From an uncultured Deferribacteraceae bacterium (GTDB taxonomy: Bacteria; Chrysiogenota; Deferribacteres; CAMZNJ01): a stretch of 64,000 nt of DNA. The translations under genes and the position numbers were made by a program. Positions 47,898 through 59,031 of the stretch are shown piece after piece. Under the pieces are notes generated by a model, which saw nothing but the letters and a program-made list of their open reading frames with translations, was not told the origin of the DNA and made no database searches. Position 1 is the first letter of the stretch. Every line of letters starts with the position of its first letter. The stretch covers positions 1,306-65,305 of the forward strand of contig CAMZNS010000032.1 of NCBI GenBank assembly GCA_947313855.1, given 5' to 3'.

Positions 47898-49130
47898 TTG
47901 TCCCTAATTGTGCTAAAGTGGTGGTTGCTTCCACTGTGCTTGAAGTACAGAACGTCACCATTAGGAGTTCGTATGCGTGGTTTATACATACATGTGCCAT
48001 ACTGTCAAATGCGATGCCACTACTGTGCGTTCTACTCCAAAACCCGATTCGACACGAACGAACCTGAACTGTTTGCCCGTAGTGTTGTTGCTGAGCTGTC
48101 CACCTTGCAAAACACGAACTTCCAAACGGTGTATATCGGTGGCGGAACCCCAACGATCATGGGCAACGGACTTGTGGAACTTATTCAGCAGGTGGCGAAT
48201 ACCATCCAGCTCCCACAAGTGGCGGAGTTTACCATCGAGGCGAACCCGGAATCACTAACGCCTGACCTACTCCATAACCTCAAACACTACACACCCGTCA
48301 ACAGAATAAGCATCGGTGCACAGTCTTTCGACGACAAAACACTGAAATTCCTCAACAGACCACACTCAGCTAAAGTGGCAACTCAGCGTATCGAAAAATC
48401 GCTAAACCTAGGCTTCAACACCGGTGCCGACATTATATTCGACATACCAACAGTTCCAACCAGCAACACTCTCAACGATATCAATACACTCGTCAAACTT
48501 GGCGTAAACCATATCTCAGCATACTCCTACACTCCAGACACAAACTTCCTCAAAGACAAAGTCAACCCTGACAATACAATATTCGACCAAGTTGCAAACG
48601 AAATAACAAAATACGGCTACAAACACTACGAAGTCAGCAACTTTGCCCAAAAAGGGTGCGAATCCAAACACAACGGAATATACTGGAACATGGACGAATA
48701 CATGGGACTAGGACCTTCAGCACACTCAATGTTCTACAACGACAAAGGGGAACGAATACGATACAAAAACGTGAGCAACACAAAACTCTACTGCCAAAAC
48801 TACGAAAAATATCGACAATACACAACGCTAACCTCACACCAACAACTAATGGAAAGCTTTGTCTTCCCCTTACGAACAAGTCGAGGCGTTGACGTGGCAA
48901 ACGTCTTGAATCGAATGCCCATAGCATGGCAACAAGATCGGAAAAATAATCAGGGGAACAGGAACGAACAACCGAGACTAAAAATATTGCAAGGACTACC
49001 AGACGAACTGCAAAAAAGGGTTGTGCACCTCATGGACAAACAACTACTACTCGAAACACCTGTGGGAGTCGCAACAACACCGAAAGGACTCATGCTACTA
49101 GACTCGGTGATGGAGTATTTATACTACTGA
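47898..49130 (+). CDS. hemW: Radical SAM heme chaperone HemW (HemN-like, oxygen-independent coproporphyrinogen oxidase family)
   Basis: The motif YIHVPYCQMRCHYCAFY (CxxxCxxC) is present. Further motifs are GGGTPT and the HemN C-terminal domain. The likely start is the ATG at 47973. Confidence 0.85.
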   Translation: MSLIVLKWWLLPLCLKYRTSPLGVRMRGLYIHVPYCQMRCHYCAFYSKTRFDTNEPELFARSVVAELSTLQNTNFQTVYIGGGTPTIMGNGLVELIQQVANTIQLPQVAEFTIEANPESLTPDLLHNLKHYTPVNRISIGAQSFDDKTLKFLNRPHSAKVATQRIEKSLNLGFNTGADIIFDIPTVPTSNTLNDINTLVKLGVNHISAYSYTPDTNFLKDKVNPDNTIFDQVANEITKYGYKHYEVSNFAQKGCESKHNGIYWNMDEYMGLGPSAHSMFYNDKGERIRYKNVSNTKLYCQNYEKYRQYTTLTSHQQLMESFVFPLRTSRGVDVANVLNRMPIAWQQDRKNNQGNRNEQPRLKILQGLPDELQKRVVHLMDKQLLLETPVGVATTPKGLMLLDSVMEYLYY

Positions 49131-50012
49131 ATCAGCACCTGAACCAGCACCTGAACCAGCACCAGCACTAGTGCGATCCATATCCATGTGCTTCACCAAG
49201 CAGTTGTACCCCAAATCAGTAAGGTGCGTACCAACAGACTCAGCAACATGAACAGAACGATGACGACCACCCGTGCAACCGATGGACAACGTAAACGACG
49301 ACTTCATCTCATTAATATAACGGGGAACAAGGAGATCCAACATGGCGAAAAGTTGGGTCATGAACGGCTCATAAAAATCGTCCCGCTGAATATACGCCGA
49401 TACATCAGCATTTTGACCCGAAAAACCGCGAAGCTCCGGAACAAAATACGGATTCTTCAGAAAACGAACATCCATAAGCATGTCGCTATCACGAGGCGAA
49501 CCGTACTTGAAACCAAACGACTGAACAACTATCTGAAACTCAGCACGATTATCACGCTCAACCCATGTCTGCAACCGACTCTGCAAGTCGTGGGGCGAAT
49601 AATCCGAAGTATCGATAATAACGTCAGCAAACTCGCGAATGGGAGCGAGCATGGTAATCTCCTCGTCGATGGCATCACCAATAATCACACCCCGTGGATG
49701 CATCCGTCGCGACTCCTTAAAGCGGTTAATCAGCACCGCTTTGTCGCACTCAAGGTAGACAACTCGTGCGTTGTAACGAGTCTTCTCCTTGTCAATAACC
49801 TTGTACGCGTTCTCAATGCCACGGGTGCGAACATCGATGGACAAAACAAGCTTGCTTACACCAGAACTCGGCTTACTCGACGTCTCAATAATGGCGGTAA
49901 ACATGTCTAGCGGAACGTTGTCTATGGCGTAGTAGCCGTTGTCGTTGAATATGCTCAGTGCCTTGGTTTTACCGGCACCCGAAAGCCCCGTCAGTATTAC
50001 TAGCTCAAGCAT
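49119..50012 (-). CDS. rapZ: RNase adapter protein RapZ (YhbJ)
   Basis: Walker A is LTGLSGAGKT. The C-terminal signature is GCTGGRHRSV. Confidence 0.9.
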   Translation of the reverse strand: MLELVILTGLSGAGKTKALSIFNDNGYYAIDNVPLDMFTAIIETSSKPSSGVSKLVLSIDVRTRGIENAYKVIDKEKTRYNARVVYLECDKAVLINRFKESRRMHPRGVIIGDAIDEEITMLAPIREFADVIIDTSDYSPHDLQSRLQTWVERDNRAEFQIVVQSFGFKYGSPRDSDMLMDVRFLKNPYFVPELRGFSGQNADVSAYIQRDDFYEPFMTQLFAMLDLLVPRYINEMKSSFTLSIGCTGGRHRSVHVAESVGTHLTDLGYNCLVKHMDMDRTSAGAGSGAGSGADSVV

Positions 50013-50073
50013 AGTGTTGCTCCATTGTTGACTAAAACGTGCGTGTTTGCGTTAATGCAGGGTAAAGGAGGGC

Positions 50074-50185
50074 ACCATCGACCATCGACCATCGACCATC
50101 GACCATCGACCATCGACCATCGACCATCGACCACTGCCACCGAAAGCATGGCGAACATGGCGAACATGGCGAACATGGCGAACAT
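50074..50185. repeat. Intergenic tandem 8-mer CCATCGAC (about 9 copies), then 9-mer CATGGCGAA (4 copies), in the hpf-rapZ spacer
   Basis: Direct reading. Confidence 0.9.
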
Positions 50186-50223
50186 GGTGCCCAAATAACT
50201 ATAACACCGCAACGTTCATGGTT

Positions 50224-50841
50224 TTAGTCGGTGTAGAATAGTCCTATTTTTTTGTCGTCGCGAACATACACAACCTTAACAGAGTTGTCTTCCACATCCC
50301 TGAATACGTAGAAGTTTTTGTGTAGGAGTTCCATTTGCAAAACAGCTTCGTCGAGCATCATGGGTTTGAAGGGTACGTCTTTCACTACAACAGCGGTGGA
50401 CATGCCGATATTTTCGTCATTGTCGTCCCCATCCATGCCAAACGGCTCGTAAACCGCCATTTTGAATGTTTCGTCCCCTTTGCGAACGGACAGCCTTTTT
50501 GTTAGGCTTTTGTCTTTGTATTTCGATAGTTTTGCTTCTAGCTTGTCCGTTGCCTCTTCGATGGATGCGTAAAGGTCGTTTGTTGAGGCAGTTGCTTTGA
50601 AGAAGACTCCTTTTACGAGGAGTAGCATCTCCACCTTGTGTGTATCTTTTTGAACCGAGTAGGTAACGATTAGGTCGGCGTCTTTTTTGGGGTAATGTTT
50701 AAACACTCGTTCCGTTTTCTTGTCTGTGAATTCTTTTATGGCCTCTGTTACATCGAGTCCTCTTCCAACATACTTCGTCATATGAATACCTCCAGTATTA
50801 GGAATATATCTTACGTGTTCAGTATTTTCTACTGTTGTCAT
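50224..50841 (-). CDS. hpf: Ribosome hibernation-promoting factor HPF (long form)
   Basis: The N-terminal S30AE/YfiA domain is GRGLDVTEAIKEFTDKK...VEMLL. It also has a C-terminal dimerisation domain. It lies directly downstream of rpoN. The likely start is the Met at 50781. Confidence 0.85.
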   Translation of the reverse strand: MTTVENTEHVRYIPNTGGIHMTKYVGRGLDVTEAIKEFTDKKTERVFKHYPKKDADLIVTYSVQKDTHKVEMLLLVKGVFFKATASTNDLYASIEEATDKLEAKLSKYKDKSLTKRLSVRKGDETFKMAVYEPFGMDGDDNDENIGMSTAVVVKDVPFKPMMLDEAVLQMELLHKNFYVFRDVEDNSVKVVYVRDDKKIGLFYTD

Positions 50842-52388
50842 TGCGTTCGATCGAATCTTGATGGTATGGCAAAGTCTTCGCGGTATTTGGTAACAGTTCG
50901 TCGGGCGATTTTTATCCCCCTTTCGGCAAGTTTTTCGGATATTTTTTGGTCGCTTAGTGGGTTATTTTTGTTTTCTCCGTCAATTATTTCTTGCAGAACC
51001 AGTTTTACGGCTTGGTTAGAGAGAGTGTTCCCCTCTGAGCCAGCGGGTTTGGGCACCCCTTTTACGAAGAAGTGTTTGAGTTCGAGTAGTCCGTACGCCG
51101 TCATGGCGAATTTACCTGCTGTTGCTCTGCTTACGGTGGATTCGTGCAGTCCTGTGACTGTTGCGATGTCCACAAGACGCAGTGGGCTAAGCCTGAGTGA
51201 TCGTTTCATTAGGAAGTCTTCTTGGTGTTCGGCAATTACTTCGCAAACTCGTCGAATGGTATCTTGTCGTTTTGTTAGCCCTGATATTAGAAATTGTGCT
51301 TCTTTTAGTTTTTCGTCAACATATTTTTTATGTCCGATGTTATTTGGTGTGTTTGTTTTGTTATTTTTGATGTCTAGGAACATTTTGATATACTTGCGAT
51401 TAATTCCTAGGGATGGCACAACGTTGTCGTTTAGTGTGATTTCGATACTGTCATTGTTGGCGTTGGGCACAAGGTAGATATCGGGAATAATGTGGTGTCC
51501 AACACTATCGTACCCTTTGCTGGGTGCAAGTGTAGTTTTTTTGATGGATGCGGCTGTCCGCTCTACGAATGTTGTGGGTATCCCTAGTGCTGTGGCGATT
51601 TTGCTATAACGCATGAGCGACAGCTCTTTTAGGTAGTCGTGGAGTAGTATGGTTGCGAGTTCTACCTCGTCGGGGCATACCTCCATATCTTTCATCTGTT
51701 TGATTATGCTCTCTTGGAATGAGGCACAGGCGACGCCAACAGGGTGAAACTCTTTGATAACGTTGAGCACCTCTTCAAACTCGCCAACAGTTATGCCTAG
51801 GTATCTGCTTGATTTTTTAATATCGAGGGTAAAGAAGCCGTTGTCGTCAAGGTTTCCGATAATGTACATCCCTATTGTTTCTTGGCTTGGCGAGAGGTGC
51901 GAGATGATTAGCTGTTTTGAAAGTGCTTCGTACAGGGATTCGGTATGCCCCACAAAGCTTTCATACTCCACAAAATCGGTGTCGCCGTAGGAGTCTATCC
52001 CAGTCATGGGTTGGTAGGTTTCGCTGATGAAGTTGTCCCATTCGTCGGAATCGAACGTTTCGTAAATCGAGTCATCTTTGCCGCTAATATTTTCGGTGGT
52101 ATCTTGGGTATTGCTAGTGTTGTCGGTGTTATTGGAGTCTGAGTCTGAGCCGGAATCTGCGTTTGTGTTTGCGTCCATGTTTATGTTTGTGTTTGCGTCT
52201 GATTCTGCGTCGGCGTCTAGGTCGTGTGTGTACTCGAGTAGTGGGTTCTCCTCCATGAGTTCGCCGATGGTGGAGGCGAGTTCCATGGTTGTCATGCGTA
52301 ACATGCTAATGGATTGTTGCATGGAGGCAGTCATGACAATCTTCTGGCTAAGCTGATTATTGAGGGATAGATTTATTCCTTGAGCCAT
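50838..52388 (-). CDS. rpoN: RNA polymerase sigma-54 factor RpoN with an acidic low-complexity insertion
   Basis: The N-terminal Gln/Leu-rich region I is present. The C-terminal RpoN box is ARRTVTKYRE. A helix-turn-helix is present. Confidence 0.9.
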   Translation of the reverse strand: MAQGINLSLNNQLSQKIVMTASMQQSISMLRMTTMELASTIGELMEENPLLEYTHDLDADAESDANTNINMDANTNADSGSDSDSNNTDNTSNTQDTTENISGKDDSIYETFDSDEWDNFISETYQPMTGIDSYGDTDFVEYESFVGHTESLYEALSKQLIISHLSPSQETIGMYIIGNLDDNGFFTLDIKKSSRYLGITVGEFEEVLNVIKEFHPVGVACASFQESIIKQMKDMEVCPDEVELATILLHDYLKELSLMRYSKIATALGIPTTFVERTAASIKKTTLAPSKGYDSVGHHIIPDIYLVPNANNDSIEITLNDNVVPSLGINRKYIKMFLDIKNNKTNTPNNIGHKKYVDEKLKEAQFLISGLTKRQDTIRRVCEVIAEHQEDFLMKRSLRLSPLRLVDIATVTGLHESTVSRATAGKFAMTAYGLLELKHFFVKGVPKPAGSEGNTLSNQAVKLVLQEIIDGENKNNPLSDQKISEKLAERGIKIARRTVTKYREDFAIPSRFDRTQ

Positions 52389-52390
52389 GG

Positions 52391-53335
52391 TTACAGGGTG
52401 AACTCCTCGCCTAAATATTTTCTACGAACTTCAGCATTACTGGCGATATCATGGGCATTCCCCTCCGCCACAATACTACCTTCTATCATTATATACGAAC
52501 GATGAGTAATACTCAAGGTATCGCGAACGTTGTGATCGGTGATAAGCACGCCAATACCGTCTTTTGTTAGGTCAGAAATAATATTTTTTATGTCGCTGAC
52601 GTTCACAGGATCAACACCCGCAAACGGCTCGTCAAGCATGATGAATGTGGGATCGATGGCAAGACAGCGGGCTATCTCCAAGCGACGACGCTCACCACCA
52701 GACAACACGGAAGCTTCCGAATAAAGAACGCCACCCAAACCGAATCGGCTCACAAGGCTGTCTAAATCCTTCTCATTATTGAGGGGTGCCTCGGATTTGC
52801 GTAACTGCAGTGCGGTGAGGATGTTGTCGCGAACAGTCATTTTACGAAAAATGGATGTCTCTTGCGGCAGGTAACCCATACCTATTCTTGCACGTTTGTG
52901 GATGGGGTACGAAGTAATATCCTTGTCGCCGAAGAATACCTGACCACGATCCGGCTTGATAAGACCAACAAGCATGTAGAATGATGTGGTTTTCCCCGCA
53001 CCGTTGGGTCCCAAGAGACCCACACACTCACCAGCAGAGATGTGGAACGTGATGTCATGCACAACCTCACGCCTACCGTAGGATTTGGATATCCCCGAAG
53101 CGGTAATGGTTGTGACCGGCTGGGCGGTTGTGTTGGTGTGCCCTTGCGGTGTGCTGCTATTTTTTGCCATCGGTGAGCCCCCCGTTAGTACGCCCCTTGT
53201 CGATACGCTCCCCGTCGCGACGAAGAGATTGCAAGCCGTCAGACGACTTGAGTGTGGCAACGGAGCCGTTGTTGGATTCGATAACAGTACGATTTTCTTC
53301 GTAGTAGTGGTAGATAACGTCGCCGCTAACAACAT
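52391..53335 (-). CDS. lptB: LPS export ABC transporter ATP-binding protein LptB (the ORF has about 55 extra N-terminal codons; real start probably near 53170)
   Basis: Walker A is GPNGAGKTT. The ABC signature is LSGGERRRLEIARCL. It lies upstream of rpoN. Confidence 0.85.
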   Translation of the reverse strand: MLLAATLSTTTTKKIVLLSNPTTAPLPHSSRLTACNLFVATGSVSTRGVLTGGSPMAKNSSTPQGHTNTTAQPVTTITASGISKSYGRREVVHDITFHISAGECVGLLGPNGAGKTTSFYMLVGLIKPDRGQVFFGDKDITSYPIHKRARIGMGYLPQETSIFRKMTVRDNILTALQLRKSEAPLNNEKDLDSLVSRFGLGGVLYSEASVLSGGERRRLEIARCLAIDPTFIMLDEPFAGVDPVNVSDIKNIISDLTKDGIGVLITDHNVRDTLSITHRSYIMIEGSIVAEGNAHDIASNAEVRRKYLGEEFTL

Positions 53336-53771
53336 AAGATGAGCCGTGCCATATGGTCACATTCCCTATTAGTTTGATAAACTTGCCCGTTTTGTCGTCA
53401 ATATCAACAGCATCTGCAATACCGATATTCCCCCACCTATCGGAGTAGGTAATGTTGCCCTGTGCACTGCCTTTGATTCCGCTGTTGTCGATGGCAACCT
53501 TGGCACGATCACCCTTGACGGCGAAACGGTGATCGAAAACCTCAACATTGCCCCTTAATTCGACAGTGCCTTCGTTGGAGTTGTAGGTGGTGGTGTCGGC
53601 AAAGATATTTATTCGTGCTGTGGCTGTGGTTGGGTAGAGGAGGGGTGTCCACAAAAGGAGTGCCCATGGGAGGAGTGCCCATGGGAGGAGTGCCGCAACG
53701 GGAGTACCCCACCAGCGTTGAATAGTGCTAAGAAAAGCCTGTGGGGCTACTAATAGTTTCACCATTCCCAT
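53157..53771 (-). CDS. lptA: LptA/OstA-like periplasmic LPS transport protein
   Basis: It has signal/hydrophobic-like and Pro-rich N-terminal segments. An OstA-like beta-jellyroll region is present (GNVEVFDHRFAVKGDRAKV...GNVTIWHGS). It is positioned between lptC-like and lptB. Confidence 0.55.
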   Translation of the reverse strand: MGMVKLLVAPQAFLSTIQRWWGTPVAALLPWALLPWALLLWTPLLYPTTATARINIFADTTTYNSNEGTVELRGNVEVFDHRFAVKGDRAKVAIDNSGIKGSAQGNITYSDRWGNIGIADAVDIDDKTGKFIKLIGNVTIWHGSSYVVSGDVIYHYYEENRTVIESNNGSVATLKSSDGLQSLRRDGERIDKGRTNGGLTDGKK

Positions 53772-53869
53772 GCCTCCCTTTTTGTACCATTAATATGTAA
53801 CCATTATACACCGTAAACACAACTAACTACAACGGTAATAACAACAAATACAAAAAAGTTGCCACAACC

Positions 53870-54799
<930 letters not shown>

Positions 54800-54933
54800 A
54801 CCCTACCCCCCGAAGTAGTCTCTGCATCGTTATTTCGCTTTTAATGTGTGGGCACCTGAGTGCCCATTAATGTCTACCCCCCGAAGTAGTCTCTGCATCG
54901 TTATTTCGCAGGTTAATCCATGTTATTGCGAGC

Positions 54934-56538
54934 CTACCCTTTCTGGCTACTGTGGTTTATCGCTGCTGAAATAAACCCTACAAATAAGGGGTGCGGTGAT
55001 GTTGGTTTCGACTTAAACTCGGGATGGAATTGGCATCCCAAAAACCACGGATGACCAGGTATTTCCGCAACTTCAGGGAGACCTGAACCGGGGTTGACGC
55101 CAGAGATAACGAGTCCTTGTTCGCTGTAGCGATCGAGGTAGTCCTGATTGACTTCCAGACGATGACGGTGTCGTTCGTGAATAGTTTTCACACCGTAAGC
55201 TGTCCGTGCAAGCGAGCCTTCATCCAGCTCGCATTCGTAAGCACCAAGACGCATGGTTCCACCCTTTTCAGCACCCTCCTGACCAGCCATGTAGTGGATG
55301 ACGGGGTTGGGGGTAAATGGGGCAAACTCTTGACTGTTGGCATCGGCAAGACCTAGCACGTTTCGTGCGAAGTCGATAATGGCAACCTGCATCCCCAGAC
55401 AGATACCGAAGTACGGAATATTATTCTCCCTAGCATAGGCGGACGAGCGTATCTTCCCTTCAACGCCTCGCTCCCCAAAGCCACCGGGGGTCAGGATACC
55501 GCTAACGTTGGCGAAAGCGTTCCTTGCGTCCTCATCGGTTTTTATCCCCTCGGAGTCAACAAGCTTGACCTGTATTTTGGTTTGGTGATGAATCCCCGCA
55601 TGGTTGAGGGCTTCTCGCAGGGAGATGTATGTATCTTTGAGGTTAACATATTTTCCAACCATGGCGACGGTTACTTCGTGTTTCGGATCTTTTATGCGAT
55701 TGCTAATGTCGTACCATTTGTCTAGTGTGTACGGTTTTTCGTCCAGTTGTAGTTTGCGTAACACGAGGTTGTCCATCCCCTCTTTGTTGAGCATGATGGG
55801 TATTTCATAGATGGAGGCAACATCAAATGCGTTGATTATGTCTTCGTCACGCAGGTTGCAGAACCGTGCTGTTTTGCTTTTCGTATCTTGGTTGAGGGGG
55901 TATCGACTACGGCAAACAAGGATATCTGCCATGATGCCTATCTCCATCAGTTTCTGCACGGAGTGTTGCGTTGGTTTGGTTTTCATCTCCCCAGATGTTT
56001 CCAGGTAGGGAACGTATGTTACGTGTACGTAGACAACGGAGTTGGTAGGTGCATCGTATTTGAATTGGCGAATAGCTTCCAGAAACGGCAACGACTCGAT
56101 GTCGCCAACGGTGCCGCCAACCTCGATGATAACAATATCGTAGTCGTCGTCACCTTTGGTAATGCGTTCTTTGATCATGTCGGTAATATGGGGGATAACC
56201 TGCACTGTTTGTCCTAGGTAGTCACCCCGACGCTCTTTCTCCAGCACTTTGTCGTACACCTTGCCGGATGTAATGTTGGAGTATTTGTTGGTGTTGGAGG
56301 ACAGGAATCGTTCGTAGTGTCCTAGGTCCAAGTCGGTTTCGGTTCCGTCTTCGGTGACGAAAACCTCCCCATGTTCAAAGGGGCTCATGGTTCCGGGATC
56401 GATGTTTAGGTATGGGTCGAATTTTTTCATTAAAACTCGGTATCCTCGCCCTTCAAGGAGAGATCCTAAAGCTGCACCTGTGATCCCTTTGCCTAGGGCA
56501 GACATTACGCCACCTGTAATGAAAATATATTTAGCCAT
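54934..56538 (-). CDS. pyrG: CTP synthase PyrG
   Basis: The N-terminus is KYIFITGGVMSALGKGI. The glutamine amidotransferase region is GICLGMQ. The full length is consistent with CTP synthase. Confidence 0.95.
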   Translation of the reverse strand: MAKYIFITGGVMSALGKGITGAALGSLLEGRGYRVLMKKFDPYLNIDPGTMSPFEHGEVFVTEDGTETDLDLGHYERFLSSNTNKYSNITSGKVYDKVLEKERRGDYLGQTVQVIPHITDMIKERITKGDDDYDIVIIEVGGTVGDIESLPFLEAIRQFKYDAPTNSVVYVHVTYVPYLETSGEMKTKPTQHSVQKLMEIGIMADILVCRSRYPLNQDTKSKTARFCNLRDEDIINAFDVASIYEIPIMLNKEGMDNLVLRKLQLDEKPYTLDKWYDISNRIKDPKHEVTVAMVGKYVNLKDTYISLREALNHAGIHHQTKIQVKLVDSEGIKTDEDARNAFANVSGILTPGGFGERGVEGKIRSSAYARENNIPYFGICLGMQVAIIDFARNVLGLADANSQEFAPFTPNPVIHYMAGQEGAEKGGTMRLGAYECELDEGSLARTAYGVKTIHERHRHRLEVNQDYLDRYSEQGLVISGVNPGSGLPEVAEIPGHPWFLGCQFHPEFKSKPTSPHPLFVGFISAAINHSSQKG

Positions 56539-56583
56539 AATACCTCTGTTGTTTCGCTCTATGCGTCGCTATTATTGTTATGT

Positions 56584-57246
56584 TTACTTCATGTTATATT
56601 TTTGCAAAATATGGAGCAACATCTCGCCGTAATCGCTGATGCGAACACACCCTGAGCTGTCTAACTTGCCTGTGTCATCGAAATCAACACCGATAAAGTA
56701 GCACCCAACAGCCAATGCACCCTCCATATCGGATATGGAGTCGCCAATCATGATTGTTGTTTCAGGGGTGGCACCACAGTGGGTCATGGCGGTACGTAGG
56801 TGTGCTTCTTTCATGTTTGGATCGCCGTAAATGCCACGAAAGTAGTGGCTCAAGCCAGACTGATCAACCGCCTTGGTTAGAAACTCTTGGGGCGTTGCAG
56901 AGTTGATGTACAGGCTGACGCCCATGCTTGCTAGGTGGTCGAAGAATGGTATCACATTGCGAACAATATTTTTTTGGGAGGTGAAGAACTCGTCAAGGGT
57001 GGATGCATACCGCTCGAGGAGGTATTGGGGCGACAACCCTGATATTTCGGAAAAATACTGTGCAAGGTCGTACCTGTCTTTAAACGGTTTAAACGCATAA
57101 ACCTCACGTATCATCTCCCCATATTTGGGATCGAGCATATCGTACCACAATTGGCGTTTGATGCTTTCGCTCATTACAATGGTATCGTCAAAGTCGAGTA
57201 CTACACATTTCAACATAAGAACACCTTCACAACAATTATACACCAT
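56584..57246 (-). CDS. HAD-superfamily hydrolase
   Basis: Motif I is VVLDFDDTIV. The C-terminal motif is GDSISDMEGA. The likely start is the Met at 57216. Confidence 0.6.
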   Translation of the reverse strand: MVYNCCEGVLMLKCVVLDFDDTIVMSESIKRQLWYDMLDPKYGEMIREVYAFKPFKDRYDLAQYFSEISGLSPQYLLERYASTLDEFFTSQKNIVRNVIPFFDHLASMGVSLYINSATPQEFLTKAVDQSGLSHYFRGIYGDPNMKEAHLRTAMTHCGATPETTIMIGDSISDMEGALAVGCYFIGVDFDDTGKLDSSGCVRISDYGEMLLHILQKYNMK

Positions 57247-57326
57247 CTTAATTATTTTGTAAATATTGGATATTGATCACGAAAAACGAATTCTGCATAA
57301 TGGATTGCTTTACAGTGGCTGTGGCA

Positions 57327-58859
57327 CTACTGTGTTTTTTTGAGGCGATACAAAGACTCCTCAATACCCACTACGTAACGGTGAGGATTCACCAAACGAC
57401 GATAAGAAATGTCTAAACTTTGAAGAGATTTCTGCAACAAACTACGAGCAGACTCAACAGAGTAGTCCCCGCCAGAGGAGTAACAACCGGTGCCAACATG
57501 GCGACGACAAGGCTCATAAAGAACAGAACAACATGTACCAACAGGGAATGTGCGAACACGTGAGGTGTACTCATCCACCGAACGAACATCTCGCAACAAA
57601 CGCAAACCAACATTGCCCGAACCAACAACACCGTCAAGCATATCCATGGGCAGAATAACATCACCCATCAACCTAGAACCACCATCAGAATCGGGTCTAA
57701 ACATGCGAAGAAGAACAGTGGCACCCGGCAGAGTGGTCTTAAACGGATCCGACGAAATCTTCTGCACACCAACACCATCGATGGAACGAAGCTTGTACAC
57801 ACCCCCCAAAGGTGCAAGACCCTTACCAACAACAAGGGAGGTACCAACACCGAACGCGTCGATAGGTGCCGACTGCTCGCCAAGGAGGGAGTGGATAACA
57901 AACTCATCCAAATCACCCGAAACAATAATCTTAGTGGACGAAAATCCGCCCAAATCCAGCACCTTACGCACCTCCATGCTCAAATAAGCAAGATCACCAC
58001 TATCGATTCGCACAGAAGCAAGGGGCACACCCGTAAGCTTAGACGCTAACATGGCGTTTTTTGCACCCTCAATAGTCTCGTAAGTGTCGATCAAAAGAGT
58101 TGCCGAACCCAAACCGCAATGACGCATGTAGCTGCAAAAAGCATCCAATTCACCACCATCACCATAACTCATCACAAACGAATGTGCATGGGTGCCCATA
58201 ACAGGAAGATTGTAACGCAAACTAGCACAAACATTGCTCGTACCTGTCACACCACCAATACTCGCACCGCGTGACGACAACATACCACCAACATCCATGG
58301 AACGACGCAAACCGAACTCGACCACAGGACGACCATCTGCAGAACCAACAATACGACTCGCAATAGTTGCAACAGCCGTCTGCGTATTCACAAAATTCAG
58401 CAACGCCGCCTCAACAACAACGCAAGCCCAATGGGGACCACTAATCTGGACCAATGGGGTGTTAGGAAAAAATATCTCACCCTCACGAAGGGCATTAATC
58501 GTTATGTCAAGGGTGGAGTGAGACAAAAAATCGAGGAAATCGGAATCAAGGGCAGACAAACCGGAATTAGCAAGGGGAGAAACACCACTACCACACTCCG
58601 AAAGGAAACGAGCAACATTCTCCTCCCAACTATCCACCCACTCAAGGAAAGTGCCCAAACCAGCAAAAACCATGTAGGAGTAGCCGAGGGGCACCTTGCG
58701 AACAAACATCTCGTAAACAGTATGACGCTCGTGAGTGCCCTCACGCAGAAGAGACTGACACATACTTAGGTGGTAAAGATCGCAATTAAGACCCATGGGA
58801 GCCCCTCCTCGCGGGCAACATACTAACGTGCGGGGCGAACATCGCCCAGTAATAAGCAA
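57327..58859 (-). CDS. pncB: Nicotinate phosphoribosyltransferase family protein
   Basis: NAPRTase family motifs are present: DLYHLSMCQSLLREG...YEMFVRKVPLGYSYMVFAGL, ATNVCASLRYNLPVMGTHAHSFV and IRIDSGDLAYLS. The likely start is the Met at 58796. Confidence 0.75.
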   Translation of the reverse strand: MLITGRCSPRTLVCCPRGGAPMGLNCDLYHLSMCQSLLREGTHERHTVYEMFVRKVPLGYSYMVFAGLGTFLEWVDSWEENVARFLSECGSGVSPLANSGLSALDSDFLDFLSHSTLDITINALREGEIFFPNTPLVQISGPHWACVVVEAALLNFVNTQTAVATIASRIVGSADGRPVVEFGLRRSMDVGGMLSSRGASIGGVTGTSNVCASLRYNLPVMGTHAHSFVMSYGDGGELDAFCSYMRHCGLGSATLLIDTYETIEGAKNAMLASKLTGVPLASVRIDSGDLAYLSMEVRKVLDLGGFSSTKIIVSGDLDEFVIHSLLGEQSAPIDAFGVGTSLVVGKGLAPLGGVYKLRSIDGVGVQKISSDPFKTTLPGATVLLRMFRPDSDGGSRLMGDVILPMDMLDGVVGSGNVGLRLLRDVRSVDEYTSRVRTFPVGTCCSVLYEPCRRHVGTGCYSSGGDYSVESARSLLQKSLQSLDISYRRLVNPHRYVVGIEESLYRLKKTQ

Positions 58860-58869
58860 GCAGGGGGGG

Positions 58870-59012
58870 CATCATCGCCCAGCAGGCACCACCCAGCAGG
58901 CAGGGGGCATCATCACCACCACCGCCCAACAGGCACCGCCCAACAGGCACCACCCAACAGGCATCACCGCCCAACAGGCACCACCCAACAGGCATCACCG
59001 CCCAACAGGCAG
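58870..59012. repeat. Intergenic tandem repeat of CCCAACAGGCA(C/T)CACCG 17/11-mer units, about 9 copies, between the pncB start and oppF end
   Basis: Direct reading. Confidence 0.85.
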
Positions 59013-59031
59013 GGACGACACAAGCTAAATA

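Noticed and set aside
50000-50212. 70-aa minus ORF (MFAMFAMFAM...VDGRWSMVDGRWSM) in the hpf-rapZ gap, considered as a degenerate ptsN
   Set aside because: It is entirely repeat-encoded and far too short for EIIA-Ntr (about 150 aa). It has no PTS EIIA His motif.
57290-57330. TGGCACTACTGTGTTT as a sigma-54 promoter
   Set aside because: The -12 element (TGTT) does not match the GC dinucleotide at the required spacing.
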